NCBI GenBank assembly: GCA_965248695.1
Contig: CBDFKD010000002.1
Span: 4,480,001 to 4,544,000 of the forward strand
DNA length: 64,000 nt
DNA from: Acidobacteriota bacterium
GTDB lineage: Bacteria > Acidobacteriota > UBA890 > WLXD01
Direction: 5' to 3'
Part shown: positions 30,227-40,771 of the stretch, piece by piece
How positions within the stretch are numbered: the stretch's first letter is position 1
Layout: each line of letters begins with the position of its first letter
Translations under genes and position numbers: made by a program
Notes under the pieces: generated by a model
What the model was told of the DNA's origin: nothing
Database searches by the model: none
Seen by the model: the letters and a program-made list of their open reading frames with translations, nothing else

Positions 30227-31171
30227 CTAGCTGTCGCGGTTGTCTCGCGCCCACTTCTCGAGCAGATCCACGCGCCGCCGCAGGTCGCGGGTCAGATCCC
30301 CGATCGAAGTGATATCGCCCAGCTTCATTGGCAACGAGAAGGCAACCTCGTTGGTGACGGGGTCCATCAGCTCGAGCAGTCCCGTGAGCTCGTGCCTGCC
30401 GGCTCCCGGGCGTACACCCTCCTGGCGGGCGAAATTGGTATTCACGTCGCCGGCACGGTTCTCCAGCGAGGCACCCGCTGCGCCGCCATAGTCGGCGACG
30501 TTCACCACGACAATGTAGTCGGCTATCTGGCGGGCGCGAACCAGACCGAAGTTCGGCGAGTCGCGCAACGCGCGTGCCACCTGTTCCTGGACCACCGCCA
30601 GCTCGCCGCGCACCTGCATCAACGCCGATTCCATCGACGCGTTTTGCTGCGTGACTCTAGTGTCCATCGGGCCTACCAGAACGCGAGGTGCGTTGATCCT
30701 CTCCTGCAGGTCGTCCGGTGGATCGGCCACCTCCCGGAGCTGGGCGATCTCCTTGCTCATGTCTCGCCCGGCTTGATGCGCGAGGATCGTTTGCTCCCAG
30801 CAGGTCTCGTAGTCGCCGATGCCGAAGGAGGCGATGCCGGCCATGAAATAGACGTCGGGCACGCCGGGCTGCCGCTCGTCGGCAGCCATGAACGATTCCA
30901 GGGCGTCCTTCTCGTCGCCCATTTGTCCGTGCGCCATACCCTTCAAGAAATGTGCCGTCCACAGGGCGGCGTCGGCGTCGATTACCTCCTCGAGCACGTC
31001 GAGCGCGTACTCGGGCTCGCCCTCGTCGATGTACTGCTGGGCGCGCTGGAGTTTTTGCCGCTGCTCTTGTGCGTCCTGTGGGGCTCCGGACGTGGACGCT
31101 GTGAATGACATCGCGGAGCTTGCAGCAACACTGATACCGAGTATGGCGACTGCGGTCCAACCTTGTCTCAT
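30227..31171 (-). CDS. Secreted TPR protein (paralog A)
   Basis: Signal peptide, TPR helices, strong similarity to the upstream neighbour. Confidence 0.85.
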   Translation of the reverse strand: MRQGWTAVAILGISVAASSAMSFTASTSGAPQDAQEQRQKLQRAQQYIDEGEPEYALDVLEEVIDADAALWTAHFLKGMAHGQMGDEKDALESFMAADERQPGVPDVYFMAGIASFGIGDYETCWEQTILAHQAGRDMSKEIAQLREVADPPDDLQERINAPRVLVGPMDTRVTQQNASMESALMQVRGELAVVQEQVARALRDSPNFGLVRARQIADYIVVVNVADYGGAAGASLENRAGDVNTNFARQEGVRPGAGRHELTGLLELMDPVTNEVAFSLPMKLGDITSIGDLTRDLRRRVDLLEKWARDNRDS

Positions 31172-31199
31172 GGCTGTTCCTACCGTCGTGAAAGTAGAA

Positions 31200-32246
31200 C
31201 TACTGGCGCTCATGATTCTCCTGCGCCCAGGTCTCGAGCAACTCGACGCGACGCCGCAGGTCTCGAGCCAGGTCGCCGACATTCCTCAGGTTGGGCAACA
31301 CATAGGGCAAGGAAAAAGCCACGCTGCGTGACCTCCGGTCAACCAAGTCGATCACACCCGTGAGCTCGTTTCTTCCGGCTGGCCGCCCTTGGGCCTCGTC
31401 CCGGCCCTCCGAGGCCACGATCGACGACCCCGCGCCTGCGGGGGACCCTGCTCCCGGGTTCAGGTCCGTGATCACTCCGTCGATGCGTCCTGCCGGCCCA
31501 CCCTGAACGTCACCCGGACGCCCGCCCAGCGTGCCGCTGGCTGCACCTCCGTAGTCCTCAACGCTCATCACGACGACATAGTCGGCGAGCTCTTGCAATC
31601 GCACGAGTCCGAAGTTAGGCGAGTCGCGCAATGCTCGCTCGAGTTGCTGATGCACGACGGCCAGCTCGCCTTGGATCTGCATCAGAACCGACTCCATCGC
31701 ACTGTTCTGTTCGGTCACGCCGGTGTTCATCGGTCCGACCATGACCCGCGGGGCGTTGAGGCGCTCCTCGAGATCGTCCGGCGGGTCGATGACCTCCTTG
31801 AGCTGCGCGATCTCCTTGGTCATGTCCTGGCCCGCCTGGTGGGCGAGGATCGTCATCTCCCAGCAGGTGTCGTAGTCGCCGACGCCAAAGGCGGCGATGC
31901 CAGCCATCAGGTAGACCTCGCGCACTCCTGGCTGGCGCTCATCGGCGGCCAGAAACGCTTCCAGGGCATCGTCCTCGTCACCCTTCTGGCCGTGGGCCAT
32001 GCCCTTCAAGTAGTGAGCCACCCACAACCGGTCGTTCGCATCGAGGATGTCTTCGATTACGTCGAGGGCTTCGTTCGGCTCACCCTGATCGATGTGTTCC
32101 TGAGCGCTCTTGAGTTGTTCCTGCAGCTCCTGGACGTCCTGCTGTGCGAGCGGGGCCGCAGATACCGGCGCGGAGCTCAGGGTGGACGCCGCCAGGATCA
32201 TCACCCCGAGCACGACAGGGATTCTTGCAATTCGTCCGGTCGCCAT
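31200..32246 (-). CDS. Secreted TPR protein (paralog B)
   Basis: Signal peptide; shares KGMAHGQ, AADERQPGV, TILAHQAG, RALRDSPNFGLVR, DLRRRV with paralog A. Confidence 0.85.
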   Translation of the reverse strand: MATGRIARIPVVLGVMILAASTLSSAPVSAAPLAQQDVQELQEQLKSAQEHIDQGEPNEALDVIEDILDANDRLWVAHYLKGMAHGQKGDEDDALEAFLAADERQPGVREVYLMAGIAAFGVGDYDTCWEMTILAHQAGQDMTKEIAQLKEVIDPPDDLEERLNAPRVMVGPMNTGVTEQNSAMESVLMQIQGELAVVHQQLERALRDSPNFGLVRLQELADYVVVMSVEDYGGAASGTLGGRPGDVQGGPAGRIDGVITDLNPGAGSPAGAGSSIVASEGRDEAQGRPAGRNELTGVIDLVDRRSRSVAFSLPYVLPNLRNVGDLARDLRRRVELLETWAQENHERQ

Positions 32247-32493
32247 TGCCTCTGATCTCCTGCGGGGATGCGCTGCCAGCGAGTCGCACCCAACTCTACG
32301 ACGCACCGTCCGTCTTGGCCATCGAGGCGACCAAGACCGTTCGTCATCCGCCAACGAGTAGCATCAACGCCGACGAGCTGTGTCTCAGGCCCCTCAGCGG
32401 GCTTGCTGGTCACCAACGCCCGTCGGGATGCGCTAGATTCGATGCGCAGAAAACTACCGCGAAACAGCTAGCAGGTGAGGTCCGGCAGCCAGC

Positions 32494-33390
32494 ATGAACT
32501 CGAGAGTCATCGTTACTTGCGCCGTTACCGGGGCCGGCGACACCGTCGACAAGCACCCGGCCATTCCGGTAACCCCCGAGCAGATCGGCGACGCGGCTTT
32601 GGAAGCGGCCGATGCCGGCGCCGCGGTCGTCCACTGTCATGTCCGCGACCCGCAGGACGGCCGCGGCGTGCGCGATGTCGACCTGTACCGCCAGGTCGTG
32701 GAGCGCATTCGCGCGAACAACACCGACGTGATCATCAACCTCACCGCCGGCATGGGCGGCGATCTGATGATCGGCGACGGAGAGCGCCCACGCGATTTCG
32801 ACGAGGAGCACACAGATCTGGTCGGTCCGGTCGAGCGGCTGCTGCATGTCGCCGAGCTACGTCCGGAGATTTGCACGTTGGACTGCGGTTCGCTCAACTT
32901 CGGCGACACGCATTCGGTGGTCATCCAGACGCCTATCCAGTTGCGCCAGCAGGCCGAATTGATCCGCTCGTATGGCGTGAAGCCGGAGATGGAGATCTTC
33001 GACTCCGGCAACCTGTGGTTCGCCAAACAGCTGTGCAAGGAAGGCCTGATCGATGATCCGCCGATGTTTCAGTTGTGCCTGGGTATCCCGTGGGGAGCGC
33101 CAGTGAACACCCAAACGATGGCCTACATGGTCGGTGAGCTACCGGCGAACTGTGTCTGGGCCGGCTTCGGCATCGGTCGCTGGGAGATGCCGATGGTCGC
33201 GCAAGCCGTCGTGTTAGGAGGACACGTTCGAGTTGGACTCGAGGACAATCTCTACCTCGAGAAAGGCGTCTACGCCTCCAACGGCACCCTTACCGAGCGC
33301 GCGGTGCAGATCGTGCGCCTGATCGGAGCGCAGGTTGCAACACCGACGGAGGCCCGAGACATCCTTGGCCTGGCGCCGCACCGGGACTGA
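32494..33390 (+). CDS. Beta-keto acid cleavage enzyme (BKACE/DUF849), probably 3-dehydrocarnitine cleavage type
   Basis: [37 protein letters not shown]; directly before carnitine dehydrogenase. Confidence 0.9.
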   Translation: MNSRVIVTCAVTGAGDTVDKHPAIPVTPEQIGDAALEAADAGAAVVHCHVRDPQDGRGVRDVDLYRQVVERIRANNTDVIINLTAGMGGDLMIGDGERPRDFDEEHTDLVGPVERLLHVAELRPEICTLDCGSLNFGDTHSVVIQTPIQLRQQAELIRSYGVKPEMEIFDSGNLWFAKQLCKEGLIDDPPMFQLCLGIPWGAPVNTQTMAYMVGELPANCVWAGFGIGRWEMPMVAQAVVLGGHVRVGLEDNLYLEKGVYASNGTLTERAVQIVRLIGAQVATPTEARDILGLAPHRD

Positions 33391-33394
33391 CGTG

Positions 33395-34375
33395 ATGCCG
33401 GAAGCGGCGAGCTCGGGGATACGGACAGTCGGGGTCGCCGGCGCCGGCCTGATCGGAGCGGGTTGGGCTGCCCGGTTCCTGGCCCACGGCCTGGATGTGG
33501 TGGCGTACGATCCGGACGCCGCGGCTGAGAAACGACTGCGATCGAGTGTCGACAATGCGTGGCCGCCGATGCTTCAGCTCAGCGGCCAGGACCGTCTCGA
33601 CCGAGGCAACCTCAGCTTCACGTCCGACGTGGAGGAGATGGTGAGCCGCGCCGACTGGATACAGGAGGCGGCACCCGAGAGGGAAGACCTGAAGATCGCT
33701 CTGTTTTCGCAGCTCGACGCCCTTGCGCTACCGCACGTCGTGATTGCCTCCTCGTCGTCGGGCTTCCTGCCGACGCGACTTCAGTCAATGTGCTCCCATC
33801 CGGATCGATTGCTGGTCGGGCACCCGTTCAACCCGGTCTACTTGCTACCGCTCGTCGAGGTCGTGCCGGGCGAGCACACATCGGCGGACGCCATGCAGCG
33901 CGCCACCTCGTTTTACGAATCCATGGGAATGCACGTGCTACGCCTCAAGCGGGAGATCGATGGGTACCTCTGTGACCGGCTGCAGGAGGCTCTGTGGCGC
34001 GAGGCCCTCCACCTGATCCACAAGGACGTCGCCACCACCAGTGAGATCGACGATTCTCTGGTCTACTCTGCCGGACTGCGGTACGCATTCATGGGACCGT
34101 TCCTGACGTATCACCTGGCCGGTGGTGAGGGCGGGATGCGGCACTTTCTCGATCACTTCGATCCGACCGAGGAGCTTCCTTGGACCGAGCTGAGGTTCCC
34201 CGAGTGGTCCGAGGAGATGAGTCGCCGGCTCATTGAGGGCTGTGAGGAACAAGCTGAGGGTAGGTCGGTGGCGGAATGGGAGGTCAAACGGGACGCCGTC
34301 CTGGTGGACATCATGAAAGTGCTCGAGAAACACGGCATCGGCGCGGGTACCGTAGCCGAGCGCCGAGAACCGTAG
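33395..34375 (+). CDS. lcdH: L-carnitine dehydrogenase-like (3-hydroxyacyl-CoA dehydrogenase family)
   Basis: GAGLIGAGWAARFL, QEAAPEREDLK, GHPFNPVYLLPLVEV, DRLQEALWREALH, LAGGEGGMRHF. Confidence 0.82.
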   Translation: MPEAASSGIRTVGVAGAGLIGAGWAARFLAHGLDVVAYDPDAAAEKRLRSSVDNAWPPMLQLSGQDRLDRGNLSFTSDVEEMVSRADWIQEAAPEREDLKIALFSQLDALALPHVVIASSSSGFLPTRLQSMCSHPDRLLVGHPFNPVYLLPLVEVVPGEHTSADAMQRATSFYESMGMHVLRLKREIDGYLCDRLQEALWREALHLIHKDVATTSEIDDSLVYSAGLRYAFMGPFLTYHLAGGEGGMRHFLDHFDPTEELPWTELRFPEWSEEMSRRLIEGCEEQAEGRSVAEWEVKRDAVLVDIMKVLEKHGIGAGTVAERREP

Positions 34376-34390
34376 GGGAGCGACGCTCTG

Positions 34391-35470
34391 ATGACGGCGC
34401 CCCGGTTTTACATCGTCGGCAGCGCGCGCGCGCGTCCCGCGAGCCGCAAGACGATCTTCGCCGATGGCGACTCCGACAGTACGTTCAGAGACGGCGTCGA
34501 CCTGGAGCTCAGCCACTGGGTTCCGAACAAGACGCCGGACGAATACAAGGCCGACACCTCGACCGGATGCTGCGTGCGGTTCGCCGAACAACACTCCGTC
34601 GACGAATGGGACCTGGCGATCAACAATCATCTCGACGTGGACGGCGTTCTCTCGATTTTCACGCTGGTGTATCCACACCTGGCGCTGGCCGAACGGCAAA
34701 CGATCGTTCAGGCCGCCGAGATGGGCGACTTTTGGGGCTGGGGAGAGAGACCGGCCCAGGCGCTCTTCCAGGGGCTCACGTTGCTCATGGACAGCCTTCA
34801 GGCGCGGCAGGTCGATATTCAGGAAATCTATGAGCGCTGTTTCGACCGCGCCCGCCAGCTGCTCGGCGATGATGTCGATGATGAGCAGGAGACGCGCGAG
34901 GGCCTGGAGGCCCTGGCCCGTTCGCTCGATCTGGTGCGGTCGGGTGCGATCGAACGGTCCCGTCTTCATGAGCGCTTCACCCACTTCCACCTGCCGGCCT
35001 CGGTGGTCGGTGGGCACATCGAGCTGGCGCTGGACGTCCCGGCGTTCAACGCCCCACTCGGGGCACCGGTCCCACTGTTGCCGCAGGTACGAAATCGCCA
35101 GGACCGGGAGCGCGTACAGCTCGTTTCGATCGAGGCCGACCAGGGCTGGTACTACGACCTCTACTATCCCGGATATATGTGGGCCGATACCCCGCGGTCG
35201 TGGCGGGCGCCAGGATTGGCCTTCAGCGGCAGCAAGAACGGCTACTACTACGGTCATGCACCGTTGGATGACGCGGTGGTGCAGCTGGCAGAGGCCGAGA
35301 GCGGTGCCGGGCACTGGCGGATCGCCGATGAAGTGACCCCGTTCGCCGCCCTCGCGGGGCGTGGCTTCCCGGTCGTGTTGAGCTTTCTGGACGGAGACGA
35401 TCAGCCGGCGTGTAGTCGACTTGCGCCGGCGAGTGTGGCGTCGATCCTGGCCGCTGCCTTCGACTCTTAA
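34391..35470 (+). CDS. DUF6687-like protein (possible DHH-related hydrolase)
   Basis: LSHW.PN.TP...KADTST, NNHLDVDG and GDF motifs; co-oriented with the carnitine genes. Confidence 0.65.
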   Translation: MTAPRFYIVGSARARPASRKTIFADGDSDSTFRDGVDLELSHWVPNKTPDEYKADTSTGCCVRFAEQHSVDEWDLAINNHLDVDGVLSIFTLVYPHLALAERQTIVQAAEMGDFWGWGERPAQALFQGLTLLMDSLQARQVDIQEIYERCFDRARQLLGDDVDDEQETREGLEALARSLDLVRSGAIERSRLHERFTHFHLPASVVGGHIELALDVPAFNAPLGAPVPLLPQVRNRQDRERVQLVSIEADQGWYYDLYYPGYMWADTPRSWRAPGLAFSGSKNGYYYGHAPLDDAVVQLAEAESGAGHWRIADEVTPFAALAGRGFPVVLSFLDGDDQPACSRLAPASVASILAAAFDS

Positions 35471-35719
35471 GCCCGGCGACCGGTAGCAGGCCGCTTCGTC
35501 CGTCTCCGGCGAGCGCCGCCGGGTAGGAGGCCCGCCGTTTGTCCGTCGTTGGCCGGTGCTGTCTTCGCGACCGATAATTGCCTTCTGTTGCCCGCGCTCC
35601 GGCTGATAGATTGACTCGGCGCGTCCCGCACGAGTGCCCACTCCGTGGGCGTCGGGGCTCCTGGAGCGACGGGCAAGCCAGTGCACTTGACGACTGCGGT
35701 AGGCCGTGCGGCCCGCGCG

Positions 35720-38284
35720 ATGCCGGGCCCGGGCTGCCGTCGAATTCTCATCCTCACGACGGTGGTGTCCGCGCTTGCCAGCCCGGTCGTGGTCGCCCAG
35801 CAAGAGCACGACGAGCAAGAGCGTCGTCGCCGGATTCCGGTCCGCCTTGTTCAGCCGAACGAGTCGGGGAACCCGGCACGGACCGGACCGCGTCGGAACA
35901 TTCCCGTGCGCATGGTCCGTCCTGGCGAAACAGTCCCTCCGAGGCTGGCAACCGCGCCGAGCACGCATGCCGAGATGCCGGTGGCGGAATCCGACCGCAG
36001 TGGCGCGCTCCAGCCTGCCGTCGCGGCCGCCGCGGAGCCGATGGGGTCCGAAGGCCCATTGCTGCCGACGAGCGAAGCGACCCCGTTCACACTTGTGGAG
36101 AGCTCCCCTCGCCGGGCGTCGCCGAGCACCGATGCCACCGTTGTCTCTGCTGACTTTGCCGACCTGCCCATCGACGGCAAACGCGCTGCCGCGACATGGA
36201 CGGACACGCCGCCGGTCCTCGATGGCCGGATTGACGATGCGGCGTGGGTGCTGGCGGACGTTGTGAGCGACTTCACCCAGAAGGAGCCCGTCGCTGGCGC
36301 GACGCCGACGATGCGCACCGAGGTGCGCATCCTGTACGACGACGACACCCTCTACGTCGGCTGGATCAACTACGACGATGAGCCCGACAAGATCGTCGCC
36401 ACGGAGATGCGCCGCGACGAATATCCGTCGGCGGATGATTGGGCAGTGGTCTACCTCGACACGTTCCACGACCGTCGCAACGCGTTCGCCTTCGTGGTCA
36501 ACGCGCTCGGTAACAAGTTCGACTTCACCCTGCGTGACGAGAGCCAGTTCAACCAGAACTGGGACGAGACCTGGGAAGCTGCGGCGAGCATCACCGAACG
36601 CGGCTGGGAGGCCGAGCTCGCCATCCCGTTTGCCGCCCTCCGGTATCCCACCGGTAGCAACGTCTGGGGCATCGAGCTGGAGCGCGAGGTGATACGCACG
36701 AAGGAGCGCATGAACTGGAGCAACACCAGCCGCGACTACGACTGGCGGGCGGTCTCACAGTACGGCAATCTCGTCGGGCTGCAGGGCCTGGCGCTCACCG
36801 ATCGGTTCCGTCTCAAGCCGTTCGTAACCGGCGGCTACGACTCCTTCCAGCAGCGTGACGATCCGACCTCCGACGGCAGGGGCGATATCGGCCTCGAACG
36901 GTTTCAGGTACAGCTGACCCCCAGCCTCACCGCCAACCTGACGGTGAACACCGACTTTGCCGAGGTCGAAGCTGACACCCAGCAGGTGAACCTGACACGT
37001 TTCTCGCTGTTCTTTCCCGAGCAGCGTGAGTTCTTTCTCGAGGCCGCCAACAGCTTCACCTTCGGCACGCTGGGACGGCGTAGTGCCGAGGGCGAGGGAG
37101 GCGGCTTCCAGCGACAGCCGCCACTGGCACTGCTGTTCTTCTCGCGTCGTATCGGTCTGGGGCCAGAGGGACAGCCTGTCCCGATTCGCTATGGCGGCAA
37201 GCTGACCGGGAAGATCGGCAGCGGCAACGTCGGTTTCGTTAACGTGCAGACGGGCGACTCGCAGTTCGGCGTTGGCCAGAACTTCGCTGCGTTTCGCTGG
37301 AAGCAGCCCGTCTTCGGGCGCTCGAGCGTCGGCGCGCTGGTCACCAACGTGCAGGGGCCCGACGGCCAGTACAATCGCGTTTTCGGCATCGACACGGACT
37401 TGACGCTCTTCGACCACCTGTTCGTGTCGGGGTTCGTTGCCGGCGGCCAGGATAGCGACGTCGACGGCACCTCCTGGGTGGGGCAGCTCAGCGCCGGGTG
37501 GGAAACCGAAGCGTGGGGGCTGGGCGGCGATGTCACCTACGTGGCCGACGACTTCGACACCGACCTCGGCTTCGTTCTGCGGCAGAACATCGTGCGTTAC
37601 AGCTCGCAGGGGCGCTGGTCGATGCGCCCGAGCATGCCTTTCCTGCGGCGCGTGTCGCTGGGCCCTTCGTTCGAACGCATCACCGATACCAGCGGGCGGA
37701 CGGTCTCCCGGCTGAGCAGTCTGAACACTCGGTTGGATCTGGAGTCCGGGGACATCGTCCGTTTCCGCATCAACCGCAACTACGAGCTGCTGGACTTCGA
37801 TTTCCCCATCGATGAGAACGTTTCCATCGCGGCCGGTGACTACTCCTGGACCGACGGCGAGATTGCGCTGCGCAGCGCCGCGCGGCGGGCGCTCAGCGGC
37901 AGCCTGACCTTTAACCTGGGCGAGTTCTATGACGGCACGCGCCTCGGCGTGGGCGGGGGACCCAGCTTCCGGTTCAGCGACCGCTTCACCCTGAACCCGA
38001 CGTACAACTTCAATCGCATCCACCTGCCCGGCGGCAGCTTCGACACGCACCTGGTGAGGCTGCGCGCCAACCTGTCGCTGTCCGAGCGCATACTGTTCGA
38101 CTCGCTGTTGCAGCACAGTAGCGCCACCGACCAGCTCTCGGCGTTCGTGCGCCTGCGGTACATCTACCGCACCGGCGACGACTTCTATCTTGTGTATCGG
38201 CAGTCGACCGCGTTCAGCGGGCTGTTCGATCGTCTCGACGACCGCACGCTGACCGCGAAGATGACCTTCACCCTGCAGCGCTAA
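35720..38284 (+). CDS. CBM9-like sugar-binding / DUF5916 outer-membrane protein (copy 1)
   Basis: Signal peptide, PVLDGRIDD..W, TEVRILYD, LDTFHDRRNAF, NTDFAEVEAD, RFSLFFPE.REFFLE, amphipathic beta C-terminus. Confidence 0.85.
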   Translation: MPGPGCRRILILTTVVSALASPVVVAQQEHDEQERRRRIPVRLVQPNESGNPARTGPRRNIPVRMVRPGETVPPRLATAPSTHAEMPVAESDRSGALQPAVAAAAEPMGSEGPLLPTSEATPFTLVESSPRRASPSTDATVVSADFADLPIDGKRAAATWTDTPPVLDGRIDDAAWVLADVVSDFTQKEPVAGATPTMRTEVRILYDDDTLYVGWINYDDEPDKIVATEMRRDEYPSADDWAVVYLDTFHDRRNAFAFVVNALGNKFDFTLRDESQFNQNWDETWEAAASITERGWEAELAIPFAALRYPTGSNVWGIELEREVIRTKERMNWSNTSRDYDWRAVSQYGNLVGLQGLALTDRFRLKPFVTGGYDSFQQRDDPTSDGRGDIGLERFQVQLTPSLTANLTVNTDFAEVEADTQQVNLTRFSLFFPEQREFFLEAANSFTFGTLGRRSAEGEGGGFQRQPPLALLFFSRRIGLGPEGQPVPIRYGGKLTGKIGSGNVGFVNVQTGDSQFGVGQNFAAFRWKQPVFGRSSVGALVTNVQGPDGQYNRVFGIDTDLTLFDHLFVSGFVAGGQDSDVDGTSWVGQLSAGWETEAWGLGGDVTYVADDFDTDLGFVLRQNIVRYSSQGRWSMRPSMPFLRRVSLGPSFERITDTSGRTVSRLSSLNTRLDLESGDIVRFRINRNYELLDFDFPIDENVSIAAGDYSWTDGEIALRSAARRALSGSLTFNLGEFYDGTRLGVGGGPSFRFSDRFTLNPTYNFNRIHLPGGSFDTHLVRLRANLSLSERILFDSLLQHSSATDQLSAFVRLRYIYRTGDDFYLVYRQSTAFSGLFDRLDDRTLTAKMTFTLQR

Positions 38285-38310
38285 CGCGATGGACTAACCG
38301 CTGGCTGTCT

Positions 38311-39474
38311 TCACGACAGATCCGCCAGGCGCTCACAGGCCTCCGTCAGCACCCCGTCGTCCTTGGCGTAGCAGAAGCGCAGGTAGTTCTTGGCGTTGCT
38401 TCCCTGAAAGAATGCCTCGCCGGGAACCGACGCGATGCCGGTCCTATCCAGCAGATGCATAGCGCGGGCCTTGCCATCGTTCCCCGGTAGATGAGAGGCG
38501 TCGGCCAGGACGTAGTAGGAGCCGGCGGGGATGCACGGGGTGAGCCCGGCACGATCGAGGGCGTCGCAGAAGCGGTCGCGCTTGGCCTCGTACTCCACCG
38601 CCAGATCGGCAAAGAACGCGTCGTCCAGTGTGTCGACGCCGGCCGCGACCCCGAACTGCAGCGGGGCCGGCGCGCACACGTAGACGAGATCGTTCATATA
38701 GCCGATGATCTGCGACCAGCGAGCGGCGCTGGCGGTGTACCCGATGCGCCAGCCGGTGATGCTGAAGGTCTTCGAGTAGCCGGAGATCGTGATCGTTCGA
38801 TCGCGCAGCTCCGGCAACGACCCCGGGCTGATGTGCTGGGCGCCACCGTAGAGGAAGTACTCGTAGATTTCGTCGGTAACCACCAGCAAATCGTGGCGCC
38901 CGGCAAGCTCGCTGATCCACTCGAGCTCCTCGCGAGTAAACACCTTGCCGGAGGGGTTACCCGGTGTGTTGACGAGGATCATCTTGGTGCGCGGTGAGAT
39001 CGCCGCTTCCAGCGCGGCCCGGTCGAAGCCCCATTCGGGAGGCTGCAACTTGACCACAACGGGGATCGCTTCCAACGAGTCCAGGGTGTTTACGTGGTAC
39101 CCGTAATAGGGCTCGAAGAGGACCACCTCATCGCCGGGATCGAGGAACGATAGGCAGACGGCGTAGAAGGCCCCGGTCGAGCCGGCGGAGACCACGATGT
39201 CGGTCTCCGGGTCGACGTCGATGCCGTTGTAGGCGCTCAGCTTGTGCGCCAACGCACGACGCAGTACCTCCATACCATCGTAGCGCGTGTAGGTGTTGAG
39301 TCCCTGCTCGAGAGCGTCGCGTACACCCTGCAGCACCGGCTCCGGAGTTGGCGTGTCGCACGTCCCCTGGGCCAGGTTGATACCGCCGACGCGCTCGCAC
39401 TCGATGAACATGGCGCGGATCTCGGCCTGGGTGATCGAGTCCGCGCGGCGGCTCGGGGAGAGCCGCGATGTCAC
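38311..39474 (-). CDS. PLP-dependent aminotransferase class I/II
   Basis: INLAQG, NTPGNPSG, DEIYE, SKTFSITGWRIG, LRFCYAK. Confidence 0.92.
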   Translation of the reverse strand: MTSRLSPSRRADSITQAEIRAMFIECERVGGINLAQGTCDTPTPEPVLQGVRDALEQGLNTYTRYDGMEVLRRALAHKLSAYNGIDVDPETDIVVSAGSTGAFYAVCLSFLDPGDEVVLFEPYYGYHVNTLDSLEAIPVVVKLQPPEWGFDRAALEAAISPRTKMILVNTPGNPSGKVFTREELEWISELAGRHDLLVVTDEIYEYFLYGGAQHISPGSLPELRDRTITISGYSKTFSITGWRIGYTASAARWSQIIGYMNDLVYVCAPAPLQFGVAAGVDTLDDAFFADLAVEYEAKRDRFCDALDRAGLTPCIPAGSYYVLADASHLPGNDGKARAMHLLDRTGIASVPGEAFFQGSNAKNYLRFCYAKDDGVLTEACERLADLS

Positions 39475-39481
39475 ACTGGGT

Positions 39482-40771
39482 TCACTTCCCAAAGGGCGGG
39501 TCCGGTATGAGCTCGGGTCCCAGCCGACCTTCGACGAAGTTACCGCCGTTCGGCGCCTTGGCAACTGACTTCAGAGCCTTGGCAAACGGCCCCGGCCCAC
39601 AGAACGGGTCCGCTACGCCGGCGGGGTTCGGGCAGTTGATCGGGCCCACCACCAGCCCGTCCCCGTTGCCGCGCGCCGAGCCTGATTCGTCAGCGAAGAA
39701 GTTCTGCGTCAGAATCTCTCCTTCTCCCAGCATCGTCACGGTGGGGCCGAATTCCCAGATGGAATAGGCGGTCGCTCCCTCGAACCCCCTGAACTTGCTG
39801 ATGTCCAAGTCGAACAAGGTCGCAAAAGACGCGGCGCCGAAGCCTTTGAGGAACTCCTCGAAATGCGCCAATACGCCGATGGTTGGATACGGAGTCGGCA
39901 CCGGGATTTCGCGCGTCATGACCACCGTCGGATCGTCGTGGCTGACGAGTATTTGCGTCATATGGCCTTCGTCGGCGCCGCCGCTGTCGCCTCCATCGCG
40001 GAGCCCGAGCCATGGGTAAAACGCCCTCGCGCAAGCGACCAGGGTCACGTGGTACAGCGTCGAGTCGAACTCGCCGATCTTTCGGGACGCCACGATGAGC
40101 TTGAGCCCGGATTTGCAGATGTTCTTGTAGTTCTTAGTGGGCGACCGTCCAACTTGCGAGCTCGAGCGCGATACCGCCGCGTCGGCATCGATGACTGTGT
40201 AGCTGGTCTTGTTCACCGACACCAGATGCGGGGCGAAGCTGTCGCCGCGGATGCGGAGCGGGTTCTTGCCGACTTTTACCGTGCCGAGCACGGCGTCGGT
40301 TTCGGCGTCGATCAGCGCCACGTTGCGCTTGCTGTGGAGCACTCCCACGAGCGCGCCAGGGGCCTTTCGTGAGCCGTTCACGCTCCGATCGTTGAACAGC
40401 TCGACGCTGCGGGCGTTGGCGCCTACCTTGATCTCGCTGACGATCTCGTTCGTTTCGCGATCGATCTTGGAAACCGTATTGCTCCCCGAGTTCGCCACCC
40501 AGAGGTGCGTGTCGCCAACCGTCAGGTCGCTGGCGCCATTGAAACCCTCGATGGTGTCCACGACCTTCGACGTGGCTACCTTCTCTCCGTCCTGCTTCTT
40601 CCACTTGCTCTCGATCACGAGGACGGTGTCGTCGGCCGCGTTGATCACATAGGTGTCGCCCTTGATCGTCGCTCGACGTGCGGAGCTTGCTGCACCGGTT
40701 GTCGGGATGGTCATAGCTAGCGTGAGAGCCGTGGCGCAGAAGATCGAAAGTAGGCGTGTCGTTGATCGCAT
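39482..40771 (-). CDS. Secreted YncE/YVTN-type beta-propeller protein
   Basis: Signal peptide; repeats YVINAADDTVLVI, WVANSGSNTVSKID, IKVG/VKVGKNP; unrecognised C-terminal half. Confidence 0.75.
   Translation of the reverse strand: MRSTTRLLSIFCATALTLAMTIPTTGAASSARRATIKGDTYVINAADDTVLVIESKWKKQDGEKVATSKVVDTIEGFNGASDLTVGDTHLWVANSGSNTVSKIDRETNEIVSEIKVGANARSVELFNDRSVNGSRKAPGALVGVLHSKRNVALIDAETDAVLGTVKVGKNPLRIRGDSFAPHLVSVNKTSYTVIDADAAVSRSSSQVGRSPTKNYKNICKSGLKLIVASRKIGEFDSTLYHVTLVACARAFYPWLGLRDGGDSGGADEGHMTQILVSHDDPTVVMTREIPVPTPYPTIGVLAHFEEFLKGFGAASFATLFDLDISKFRGFEGATAYSIWEFGPTVTMLGEGEILTQNFFADESGSARGNGDGLVVGPINCPNPAGVADPFCGPGPFAKALKSVAKAPNGGNFVEGRLGPELIPDPPFGK

Noticed and set aside
33938-36469. 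843-aa minus-strand ORF
   Set aside because: Antisense to three well-supported plus-strand genes, Arg-rich, no motifs; typical high-GC shadow ORF.
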